From Nitrospirota bacterium (lineage in GTDB: Bacteria > Nitrospirota > UBA9217), in the NCBI GenBank assembly GCA_963818475.1, contig CAWFSF010000007.1, forward strand, positions 1 to 17,833: a stretch of DNA of 17,833 nucleotides, given 5' to 3'. This document shows, in pieces, positions 1 to 8,319 of the stretch (the first letter of the stretch is position 1; every line of letters begins with the position of its first letter). The notes beneath the pieces are model-generated. The model was given only the letters and a program-made list of their open reading frames with translations. It was not told the origin of the DNA and searched no databases. Both the position numbers and the translations under genes were made by a program.

Positions 1-336
1 TTTTTTTTGTGCCGATATTTCCTCCATTAAGCGTTGCTAGCCTTAACCGACGTCAACGGATGCGTATTCACGGTGATGTGGACAGTGAGGGCACGTCTGA
101 TGTAGACTGTGCTCCCAGGCATGATAAGCATAAAGCTACCTTCTTCAGCTTTTTTTCCTTTATTCCGCTCTCCATTATTCGCCCATCATTAAAAATAGAT
201 TTCCCCAGACTGCATTTGTTAGCCACGAGATAGTCATATATTATGCTCCTGCTGGCATCCGGATAGCTCTCCATTGACGGTCGGGATGAGCAGTCAATGG
301 GTCTGAAAAAAGCGCAGAGTGTAAAGTTCAATGTTG

Positions 337-460
337 GATGGCTTCGTAAAAGGCCCTGAACTTATCACCCCGAACGGAGGGAAGGGTCTTTCATCGTATT
401 GAATAAGCGAAACTCTACGTCGCGTGAACAATGACAAGGGGGATTTTTAACGACGCCACC
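337..460. mobile_element. Degenerate MITE-like element with imperfect terminal inverted repeats and an internal REP-like remnant
   Basis: The left end GATGGCTTCGTAAAA (337-351) is an imperfect inverted match to the right end TTTTTAACGACGCCACC (444-460). The interior TATCACCCCGAACGGAGGGAAGGGTCT...AATGACA resembles degenerate TGTCATCCTGAACGAAGTGAAGGATCT...AATGACA-type repeats (recalled, not searched). No transposase. Confidence 0.5.
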
Positions 461-668
461 GGCACCAAACACCCTGATGGTGCTAAAATAACAATAGAGC
501 GATTTCAGTAAAGACGCCTGCCACGACGCGAGTTCCAGGTTTAAATTAGTAGGGCGGGCACGGTCGAAAGGGCTTGGTCACCAAAATCGTTCTTGATATA
601 AACGGTGTGAAAGGCGTAAAGAACTGAGCGCGTGGGGAACGGGTCTACCAAACCGGAAGGAGGGCAAA

Positions 669-818
669 ATGTTGTGGACGATAGCCGTGATACTGATAGT
701 TCTGTGGCTGCTGGGGCTCGTGAGCAGTTACACCATGGGTGGGTTCATCCATATTCTGATCGTGATAGCAATTGTTGTCGTGTTGATAAGGATCATTCAA
801 GGCAGAAAAATATTATAG
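669..818 (+). CDS. lmo0937-family (DUF5670) small membrane protein, 49 aa
   Basis: Manual translation gives MLWTIAVILIVLWLLGLVSSYTMGGFIHILIVIAIVVVLIRIIQGRKIL*, with the family signature LWLLG...GGFIHIL...IIQGR. Strong RBS GGAAGGAGG upstream. Below the ORF-track length cutoff. Confidence 0.92.
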   Translation: MLWTIAVILIVLWLLGLVSSYTMGGFIHILIVIAIVVVLIRIIQGRKIL

Positions 819-839
819 TGGTGGGGCGAGACATGGGCA

Positions 840-897
840 ACCGGACGCCGCGCCGGTCTAGTGCGACCTGTTTAGCGACAGTGTTGTCGCGCTAGAT
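840..897. other. Cluster of overlapping hairpins between the small membrane gene and the AI-2E gene
   Basis: GTCTAGTGCGAC (856-867) pairs with GTCGCGCTAGAT (886-897). An alternative GCGACA-GTGT-TGTCGC hairpin lies at 875-890, and ACCGG/CCGGT at 840-857. Confidence 0.4.
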
Positions 898-995
898 CTG
901 CATCTGAAGAAAGAACTTGAGGCGAGGTGAAAAGGTGACGTGTGCGCTGATAGGGGTGAGGGGAAGTACTTTCCAGGATCAAGAGGTATTTGTCC

Positions 996-2076
996 ATGAC
1001 CGAACAGAGTAATTCTCAGGGGGGATTCCGCCTCCTCGTCATCGCGGCGGCGCTGGTGATTATCATCGGGGGCATCAATCAGGCGCAGTCGGTCCTGGTG
1101 TCCGTCCTGGTCGCTGTTTTTCTCGCTATGCTCGGGACGCCTCCGGTGCTCTGGCTCGAGCGGAAACGCGTTCCTTCCGTTGTCGCGGTGCTGCTCGTGG
1201 TGGCCGGTATGGTCGCCATCCTGCTGATCGTCGGGGCGATCGTAGGCGCATCCATCAACAGTTTTTACACTGAGTTGCCTGTTTATCAGGCCCGTTTTCA
1301 GGAGCACGTCTCAGCATTCCAGAATTTTTTCTCAACCATAGGCATCCGGGGCATGGACAAGGTCCTGCTCGGATATGTCAAACCAGGGGCGGTGATGAGC
1401 CTGACCGCAAGCTTGTTCTCCGAACTGGGCTCGGCACTTTCGAACATTGTCCTGATCCTGCTCACCGTCGCCTTCATCCTGTTCGAGGCAACAAGCTTTC
1501 CTGTAAAGCTCCGTGCAGTCCTCGGCCATCCTCATCAGGTATTTCCCCAGTTCACCAGGTTTGTCGGTGATATAGAACGCTATATGCTCATCAAGACGCT
1601 TATCAGCCTGGCCACGGGACTCCTGATAGGGATATGGCTGTTCATTCTGGGTGTGGATTTTCCCATTCTCTGGGGTTTCCTGGCCTTCTCTGCTCAACTA
1701 TGTGCCGAGTGTCGGCTCCACGATCGCCGCTATTCCCGCAGTTCTTCTTGCCCTTATTCAATTGGGGATAGGCCGCGCAGTTATGGCAATGGCGGGTTAT
1801 ATGGCCGTTAACTTTATACTGGACAATGTGATTGAAACAAAGCTCATGGGGCGGAAGCTCGGACTGTCCACGCTGGTTGTCTTTCTCTCATTGATCTTTT
1901 GGGGAAGCCTGCTCGGTCCGGTCGGCATGGTTCTGTGCATACCGTTAACCATGACCCTGAAGTTCGCATGCCAGAACAATAAAGACACACAATGGATCGC
2001 GGTTTTGCTCGGGCCTGAAGCACCCGCTGAAAGTATTCCACCAGCGCCAAAAGAAGAGGCCGGTCCTCGGACCTGA
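996..2076 (+). CDS. AI-2E family (TqsA/PerM-like) transporter, with one +1 frameshift near 1689
   Basis: Multi-TM protein with typical motifs (YMLIKTLISLATG, GVDFPILWGFLAF|LLNYVPSVGS, MGRKLGLS..VVFLSLIFWG.LLGPVGMVLCIPLT). ORFs 990..1811 and 1651..2076 join if one T is removed from TTC-T-CTG. ATG 996 is well spaced from RBS AAGAGG. Confidence 0.9.
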
Positions 2077-2164
2077 ATAACTACTGAGAAGGATTGAGGA
2101 CCTGCAATGATAAGAAGGCGAGCTCGAAACTTCTTCACAGGTCACTTCAATGAAGGGCACTGCC

Positions 2165-3443
2165 ATGAAACTGCTCAATTTGATCGTATCCCTGATAATC
2201 ATCATCGCATCGGTTATTTTATGCCATCAAATTATTTCAAATTCAATTTCCAACCAAATGGACAAAAACGATTATGCCGAGCTCAATCATGTCAAATACG
2301 GTCTTTTCAGTGTTGAAGAATGGAAACGACAAATTTCCGTCATTCTTGCCGAGGAGCTCAATAAACTGAATTTGTCAAGGGCGGATAAACGGGAGCTTCG
2401 AAAACATGTCGAAGCTCTGTTGAACAGGCTTATTGATCAGGTCGACAAAAAAATCAGGGAAGGGAACGCAGGCTCCGTGACGGGCTGGTTCAAACAATCC
2501 TTTATGAATATTTTTATCAGTCTGGAGGATGTTAAAAAAGGCATTCCCGAATATGCGGATGCCGTCATTCATGAGATGACGAAATCAAAAACGATTGATC
2601 AGATAAAGGCCATGCTGAACAAACAGCTTGAACAATATTTCAGCAAAACCTTTGATATACAGGATACAGCTCAAATGAGCCGCATCCTTCTGAGGACCGA
2701 TTCCAAGGATATCGAAAGTGCGAGGATCAAGCTCAATAAGATAATTTCGGCCAAGCAGGACCTGATCTATAAGAGAGGCTATCCTGTTGATCGTTCTGTC
2801 GGTTCTTCTTTTTGCTTTATCCGGTTTTAGCAGGCAACCCCTGGCCCCCTCCCAATACATGCTCCTCGTTCTGTCTCTTATCCTGCTGCTGATAGTCGGC
2901 GTAATCACGCCCATGATCGATCTGGAAGCAAAAATCTCACGGATGAGTTTTGCTTTAATGGGGCATCCTGTCCAATTTGAGAACCAGGTATTGTATTTCC
3001 AGTGCAAAAGTATTCTGGATGTGTTCTGGATCATGATCACGCATAAGGATATTCAGATGAAATTTGTCGGGGTCTTGCTGATCACCTTCAGTATTTTTTT
3101 TCCTCTGCTGAAACTGACCTCGTCATTGGGATATTATTACAATTATCACAACGCAAGGGAGAACCCGGTGATCAAGTTTTTTGTCTTAAAATCCGGGAAA
3201 TGGTCCATGGCCGATGTCATGGTGGTTGCCATATTTATGGCCTATATCGGATTTAATGGGATCATTACCAACCAGTTCGGCCAATTAAGCGCGGCAGCAG
3301 GCCAGGAACTGGAGATCTTAACTACGAATGGTACCTCCCTTCAGCCGGGGTATTACCTGTTCCTGACATACACCCTGTTGGGGCTATTTTTGTCAGGATT
3401 CCTGACCAGAAAACCTGAGGCAGAAGAGCTTAAGAATCCATAG
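2165..3443 (+). CDS. PqiA (paraquat-inducible protein A)-family membrane protein with a long N-terminal extension, +1 frameshift near 2773
   Basis: The C-terminal part has PqiA hallmarks FSIFFPLLKL and GKWSMADVMVVAIFMA. ORFs 2150..2830 and 2787..3443 join at AAG-A-GAG (..LIYK|EAILLIVLS..). The N-terminus is a TM helix followed by about 180 aa of hydrophilic, likely helical sequence. Confidence 0.8.
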
Positions 3444-3482
3444 GGTTGATAGAATTCTGCAAAATCATCCCAGGAGGTAAAC

Positions 3483-3605
3483 ATGATTCCTGATCTCAAG
3501 AAAGAACAGCAAGCATCCCGTGAGAGGCCGCTATACAGGTATTCGCATGCGGCAAAGGTTTTTTTCAGTCGATAGGCCTGATCACCGGAAGAATAATACA
3601 CCTGG
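3483..3605 (+). pseudogene. 5' remnant of a gene with a strong RBS (30-aa ORF 3483-3575 with an out-of-frame continuation)
   Basis: AGGAGGTAAAC-ATG, then MIPDLKKEQQASRERPLYRYSHAAKVFFSR*. Another frame continues SIGLITGR.. This recalls the N-termini of alternative-oxidase/ferritin-like proteins (recollection, unverified). Confidence 0.45.
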
Positions 3606-3719
3606 GGACAGATAACGTTGTGTCCGAAGTTGACTTCCTTGTTTTGAAAAGATTTTCCTAGTCAATTATCCTCCTGGGGTCCTACTCTATAGGTCAATCT
3701 AGAATCCAGGATATAACGC

Positions 3720-3743
3720 AAGTACCCGTCCCAAAAGTACCCG
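3720..3743. repeat. Direct repeat AAGTACCCG x2 (period 15)
   Basis: AAGTACCCG at 3720-3728 and 3735-3743, upstream of the oxidoreductase. Confidence 0.5.
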
Positions 3744-3873
3744 CCTATTTCAACTACGATCGCCCGCCGTTCCTTGGCAATCTGCTATATTTATTACCAT
3801 AACGAATGTATTCGTCCAGCCGCAGCGGTGGTGATCCGTCCCAGAGCTGCTGCCTTGTCCAAAGGAGCGTGCC

Positions 3874-5718
3874 ATGATATCTCCCGAAGCAAAGGCACTC
3901 GCCGCCCAGTGCCGCCACTATGCGATGTGTAAGATCGATTTTCTCGGAACAGGGCTCTGCCCGGCCGGTTCCAGGCACCACTATGTCGCTTATTATCCCC
4001 AAGGCAGGATGGACATCTGTCACGCCCTGGCGAACGACCTCGTCCCTGTCACGGAAGGGCTCGTCCACATCGCACAGACCTGCACGCTCTGCGGCATCTG
4101 CGACCGACAGTGTCACTTTGTTACGGAGATGCGGCCTCTGCGCGTCATATGGGAGCTTAAGGAGCACGTCGAAGCTTACGTAAAGGCCGGGAACAAGGTC
4201 GAGAAAGCCCCGGAAAGCGACCTTCTCCGGCAGCTCCGGGAGATCGTGGGTGGAGAGTGGGCGACGAGCGATCCCGCCATCCTGGTCAGTTACTCTCACG
4301 ATCCCTGTCCCGTGTCATCCGTGAAGGTGCCGCGCTGCGTGGTACTGCCGAACTCGACGGACGAGGTGGCCCGGATAGTCCGTCTCTGCAACGATGGAGG
4401 TGTGGCCTACGCGGTCAGGGGCAACGGGTCGAGCGTCATGGGGTTCGTCCTGAGCGAAGGGGTCGTGATCGATATGACCCGGATGAAGTCCATTGAAATC
4501 GATTGCGAGAACTGGAGCGCTTTGATCGGGCCCGGGGTGGCGGCTTTCGAACTCCAGCAAGAGGCGTTTCAACACGGCATGCGGGCGAATGTGGCCGAGC
4601 CTGCAGCGCTCGTGGCAGCAAACATCATGTGTTCCGGTATCTTCTCCACGTTCTCCCATGCCTACGGCACTGCGGCGGACAACTACATCGACGCGGAGTT
4701 CGTCGGCAGGCAGGGGAATGTCTTCAACCTGAGCGAACGGGGCGCGCCGAACCTCTTCGGTTTCACGAAGACCGACATGCCCTCCCCGGGGATCTGCACC
4801 CGGGTGACGGTGAAGCTTCATCCCAGAACTGCGGACGAGGAAGGGGTCATGGTCCCGTTTTCGGACTTCGACAGCGCCCTGTCTTTTGTCCGGGAGCTCG
4901 GCATAAGGCGGATTGGAGCCGCGGCCGCGGTCCTCGGCGGAGAATATCTCTCCACATTCCTGTCGCCGTCCAAGGACCTGGCGGATCGACTGAAGGATTT
5001 TTTTACGGCCACGCTCGGGATCCAATACGCGGTCTTCATCGTGGGCGACCAATACGCTCTAGACGCGGTCAAAAAGATGAAAACGCCGGTCATCGACAAC
5101 CGCCTTCTGCGCATGTTCATGCTCGGGCTTCCGCGCCTTGCAGGCGGCGAATGGTCCGACTTCCTCAAGGGTTTCGAAGGGGACCGCCCGCTGTACGAAC
5201 TGCTCATTCGGGAAGATCTTTATCTCCTCATCGAGGCCGTGCTTTCGCCCTCCGCCCAAACCCTCGCCTCGGCAGTTGATGAGGACCTCCGCGACTTCTA
5301 TATCCGGCTCTATTCCCGGCCAGAGATGACCGACATGGTCTGGATCAACATGTTCCGGATCATCAGCTCCCGCATGGGAAGGAGCAAGCACGTTGTTGCC
5401 TTCATCGTCTACGTCCCCCTGGACCGGCCGGAAGCAATCAATAATATCATCTCCGATTTCCGGCGGATCGCCGACAACCGGGGTATCAAGAACGACTTTG
5501 GGTTCATTACCCCCCTCGACCTTGGAAAGCGGGGCGTCCTGGAATACGACTACTACATCGACCACACAAGCCCCCGGGAGATCGAAGCCGCACAAGGGGC
5601 GATGGCTGAAGCGGGAGCGATGATCGAGGAGCACTCCCTGAAAACCAGGGGGGTGAGGGGTATCCGGCACACGTTCAATCAGGGGTTCAGCCGGAGCGAG
5701 TTTCTCCTGTACGCATGA
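3874..5718 (+). CDS. FAD-binding oxidoreductase (GlcD/VAO-PCMH type) with an N-terminal Fe-S domain, 614 aa
   Basis: N-terminal CRHYAMC...CP and CTLCGICDRQC. FAD_binding_4 motifs YSHD, P..VVLP.STDEV..IV..C, RGNGSS, VVIDMTRM, GPGV, GICT.VTVKL. RBS AAGGAG. Confidence 0.85.
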   Translation: MISPEAKALAAQCRHYAMCKIDFLGTGLCPAGSRHHYVAYYPQGRMDICHALANDLVPVTEGLVHIAQTCTLCGICDRQCHFVTEMRPLRVIWELKEHVEAYVKAGNKVEKAPESDLLRQLREIVGGEWATSDPAILVSYSHDPCPVSSVKVPRCVVLPNSTDEVARIVRLCNDGGVAYAVRGNGSSVMGFVLSEGVVIDMTRMKSIEIDCENWSALIGPGVAAFELQQEAFQHGMRANVAEPAALVAANIMCSGIFSTFSHAYGTAADNYIDAEFVGRQGNVFNLSERGAPNLFGFTKTDMPSPGICTRVTVKLHPRTADEEGVMVPFSDFDSALSFVRELGIRRIGAAAAVLGGEYLSTFLSPSKDLADRLKDFFTATLGIQYAVFIVGDQYALDAVKKMKTPVIDNRLLRMFMLGLPRLAGGEWSDFLKGFEGDRPLYELLIREDLYLLIEAVLSPSAQTLASAVDEDLRDFYIRLYSRPEMTDMVWINMFRIISSRMGRSKHVVAFIVYVPLDRPEAINNIISDFRRIADNRGIKNDFGFITPLDLGKRGVLEYDYYIDHTSPREIEAAQGAMAEAGAMIEEHSLKTRGVRGIRHTFNQGFSRSEFLLYA

Positions 5719-6949
5719 GGCGGACCGCGGAGGACATAGCAGGCCGGCGAAGGGCGCGGGAGACGACCTTCCTCGTCACGGGCGGGACCGGCTTCATCGG
5801 GAGCCATATCGCCGCCCACCCCTGCTCGAGCAGGGGCATGCCGTCGTGCTACTCTGCCGGGGGGCCGGCAAACTCACCGCCCCTATGCGGGTGGGACGGG
5901 TGCTGGACTGGTTCGGCCTGGGCATAGCGGAACAGGCGCGTCTCGAGATCGTCGAAGGATCCCTCGAGAAACCGGATCTCGGACTCGACCGGGAGCGCTA
6001 CGACGCCCTCGCCCGAAAGACCGATGAGATCATCCACTGCGCGGCCTCCACGTCCTTCTCGGAACGGAAGCGCCCGGAGGCCGAGGCAGCGAACATCGAG
6101 GGCGCGAGGAACGTCCTCGCCCTGGCAGCCCGGGGCGCATGCGCGTTCTTCCATCACGTGAGCACGGCCTATGTCGCGGGAGACCGCGCAGGCGAGTGCG
6201 CCGAGGAATTCGTCGAGACCACCCGCTTCCTGAACGTGTACGAGGAGACGAAGCACCGGACGGAACGGCTCGCCCTTGACGCCTGCCAAGATGCGGGCAT
6301 CCGGCTGAACATATACCGGCCGTCGATCATCCACGGCGATTCGAGGACCGGGCGGAGCCTCCGGTTCAACGGCCTCTACTATCCCCTGAAGTCTCTCGTG
6401 TTCCTCAGGAACCTCTACGACCGGGATTTGCGGGAGAACGGCGGGGAAAAAGCCCGGGCCATGGGGGTGACGAGGGTGAACGGCAGCCTGCACTTGCCCA
6501 TCAGGATCGAGAAGTCCGGGGACGGTTCCCTCAACCTTATCCCGGTCGATCATTTCGTTCAGGCCTTCGCGGCGATCATGGAGGACTGCCTGGAGGGGGA
6601 CATCTTCCATATCGTGAGCAAAAGGCCGAAAGGGATCGAAGATCTCATCGAGTTTTCAGGGCAATACTTCGGTGTCGAAGGAATACGTACCGCAGGACCG
6701 GAGGAATTCGGGAGGAAGCCCAGGAGCGGACTGGAATCGCTCTTTGGCGGATTCATTTCTCTGTACCTTCCCTACATGAACGACAAGAGGACTTTTGTGA
6801 ACGGGAAGGCCGCAGCCATCCTCCGGAAACGGTCCATTTCCTGTCCGGACTTCGACTATCAGGCCCTTTCCCGCTGCATGAGCTACGCACTGTCGGTCGA
6901 TTGGGGAAAGAAGCTCTACTCTGATTGTCAGCACAATGCGACGGACTGA
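5715..6949 (+). CDS. Extended SDR / NAD_binding_4 reductase (MupV-, fatty-acyl-CoA-reductase- or thioester-reductase-like), frameshift near 5820
   Basis: TGGTGFIG Rossmann motif in ORF 5715..5927. HCAA, HVSTAYV, catalytic YEETK and YRPSII.GDS.TG lie in ORF 5846..6949. The frames join in a C-rich run (..HIAAH|LLEQGHAVVLLCR). ATGA overlap with the upstream gene. Confidence 0.85.
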
Positions 6950-7084
6950 AGTCCTTGTCCGACAATTCCTGAGGTCTTACAAAAACCGAAAACGGTCGAG
7001 TCCCGGCTTGATTAAATAGGCAGGATTAAGGAACGAGGAGCAAATCTGTTTTTTTTGGAGGAAATGTAAAGCCTTCTGCTACAG

Positions 7085-7222
7085 GTGGCTGGTGAACTGA
7101 AAAAGGCCGGCGCGCTCTATGAAGATGAGGAGGTGGTTGTTGACGCCAATCTGGTCACGTCCCGACAACCGGCCGATCTTCCCGCGTTCATGCGCGCGAT
7201 CATGAAACAGCTCCGGCTTTAG
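7085..7222 (+). pseudogene. C-terminal remnant of a PfpI/DJ-1 (type 1 glutamine amidotransferase-like) protein
   Basis: VAGELKKAGALYEDEEVVVDANLVTSRQPADLPAFMRAIMKQLRL* matches the PfpI C-terminal consensus (AGA.Y.D..VVVD.NLVTSR.P.DLPAF). An in-frame TAA lies just upstream and the catalytic Cys region is absent. Confidence 0.85.
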
Positions 7223-7306
7223 CATGCCGTTCCCGGAGAAAAAGGAGGGAAAAGTCTAAAATCAAGTGACCGTTGCTAAAGCGGCAATGAAATTGATGGT
7301 TCTGCG

Positions 7307-8281
7307 ATGAGAAGAAAGAAAATCACCATAAGAAAGAATTGGCCCGAGAAAAGCACCCTGTCCCCTTTTTTGTTTCACCCCAGGCGGATAGGGGACCTGA
7401 TCAGGAAATCCGCAGGGTCGTGGGTGGACGATTACGCTCCGAGTATGGGCGCAGCGCTTGCCTACTACACCCTGTTCGCGATTGCCCCGCTGCTCATAAT
7501 CGCCATTGCGGTGGCAGGTCTTGTTTTTGGCCAGGAAGCAGCCCGCGGAGAGATCGTCGCGCAGATACAAGGTCTCATCGGACGGGAAGGTGCAATCGCG
7601 GTGCAGGGCCTGCTGAAAAGCGCCAACGAACCCGCTCAGAGCATTTTTGCGACGGTTGTCAGCATCATTACCCTGCTCATTGGGGCAACGACGGTGTTCG
7701 CGGAATTGCAAGACGACCTTGACCGCATCTGGCGCGTTCCCTCATCCGAGAAAAAGAACACCATATGGACCTTGCTGCGCACGCGTTTGCTTTCTTTCGG
7801 TCTGGTGCTGGGACTGGGGTTTCTCATGCTGGTCTCGCTGTTAGTCAGTGCCGCGATCGCCGCGTTCGGCAGATGGAGCAGTTTTTATTTCAAAGGATGG
7901 GAAACGCTTCTGTATTTACTTGATTTCAGCGTTTCTTTCGTTATTACGGCGTCACTCTTTGCGATGATCTACAAATTTATGCCGCGGGCGAGAATCGCCT
8001 GGCGGGACGTGTGGATCGGCGCGGCAGTAACCGCGCTCTTGTTCGAAATCGGGAAAATCCTCATCGGCCTTTACCTGGGCAAAACCAGCGTCGCATCCGG
8101 TTTCGGCGCAGCAGGTTCTCTGGTCGTTCTGCTGGTGTGGGTCTATTTTTCAGCGCAGATTTTCCTGCTCGGGGCCGAGTTTACCTGGGTGTACTCGCAC
8201 GAATATGGCTCAAAAGCGGCCCAAACCGGGCAGGACTCGGCCCCGGCGGTGCCGAGTCGTTCGGACGAAACAGAAACATGA
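7307..8281 (+). CDS. YihY/virulence factor BrkB family membrane protein
   Basis: Motifs DDYAPSMGAALAYYTLFAIAPLL, LQDDLDRIW, YKFMP, FGAAGSLVVLLVWVYFSAQIFLLGAEF. The exact start codon is uncertain. Confidence 0.93.
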   Translation: MRRKKITIRKNWPEKSTLSPFLFHPRRIGDLIRKSAGSWVDDYAPSMGAALAYYTLFAIAPLLIIAIAVAGLVFGQEAARGEIVAQIQGLIGREGAIAVQGLLKSANEPAQSIFATVVSIITLLIGATTVFAELQDDLDRIWRVPSSEKKNTIWTLLRTRLLSFGLVLGLGFLMLVSLLVSAAIAAFGRWSSFYFKGWETLLYLLDFSVSFVITASLFAMIYKFMPRARIAWRDVWIGAAVTALLFEIGKILIGLYLGKTSVASGFGAAGSLVVLLVWVYFSAQIFLLGAEFTWVYSHEYGSKAAQTGQDSAPAVPSRSDETET

Positions 8282-8319
8282 TTTTTACGGATGCGTAAAA
8301 GTCTTATCCCGAGGGTAGC

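Noticed and set aside
9-331. ORFs 9..233 (+) and 68..331 (-), and a 20-aa minus-strand mini-ORF behind AGGAG
   Set aside because: No recognisable motifs or coding-like composition. Cannot be supported without homology or expression data.
632-895. 87-aa + strand ORF
   Set aside because: Overlaps the well-supported lmo0937-family gene in another frame.
4315-6610. Several 200-260 aa alternative-frame or antisense ORFs within the oxidoreductase and SDR genes
   Set aside because: Expected from high GC and codon bias. No motifs.
7057-7069. GGAGG-AA-ATG-TAA start-stop minigene
   Set aside because: RBS-to-start spacing is too short. More simply explained as junction debris before the PfpI remnant.
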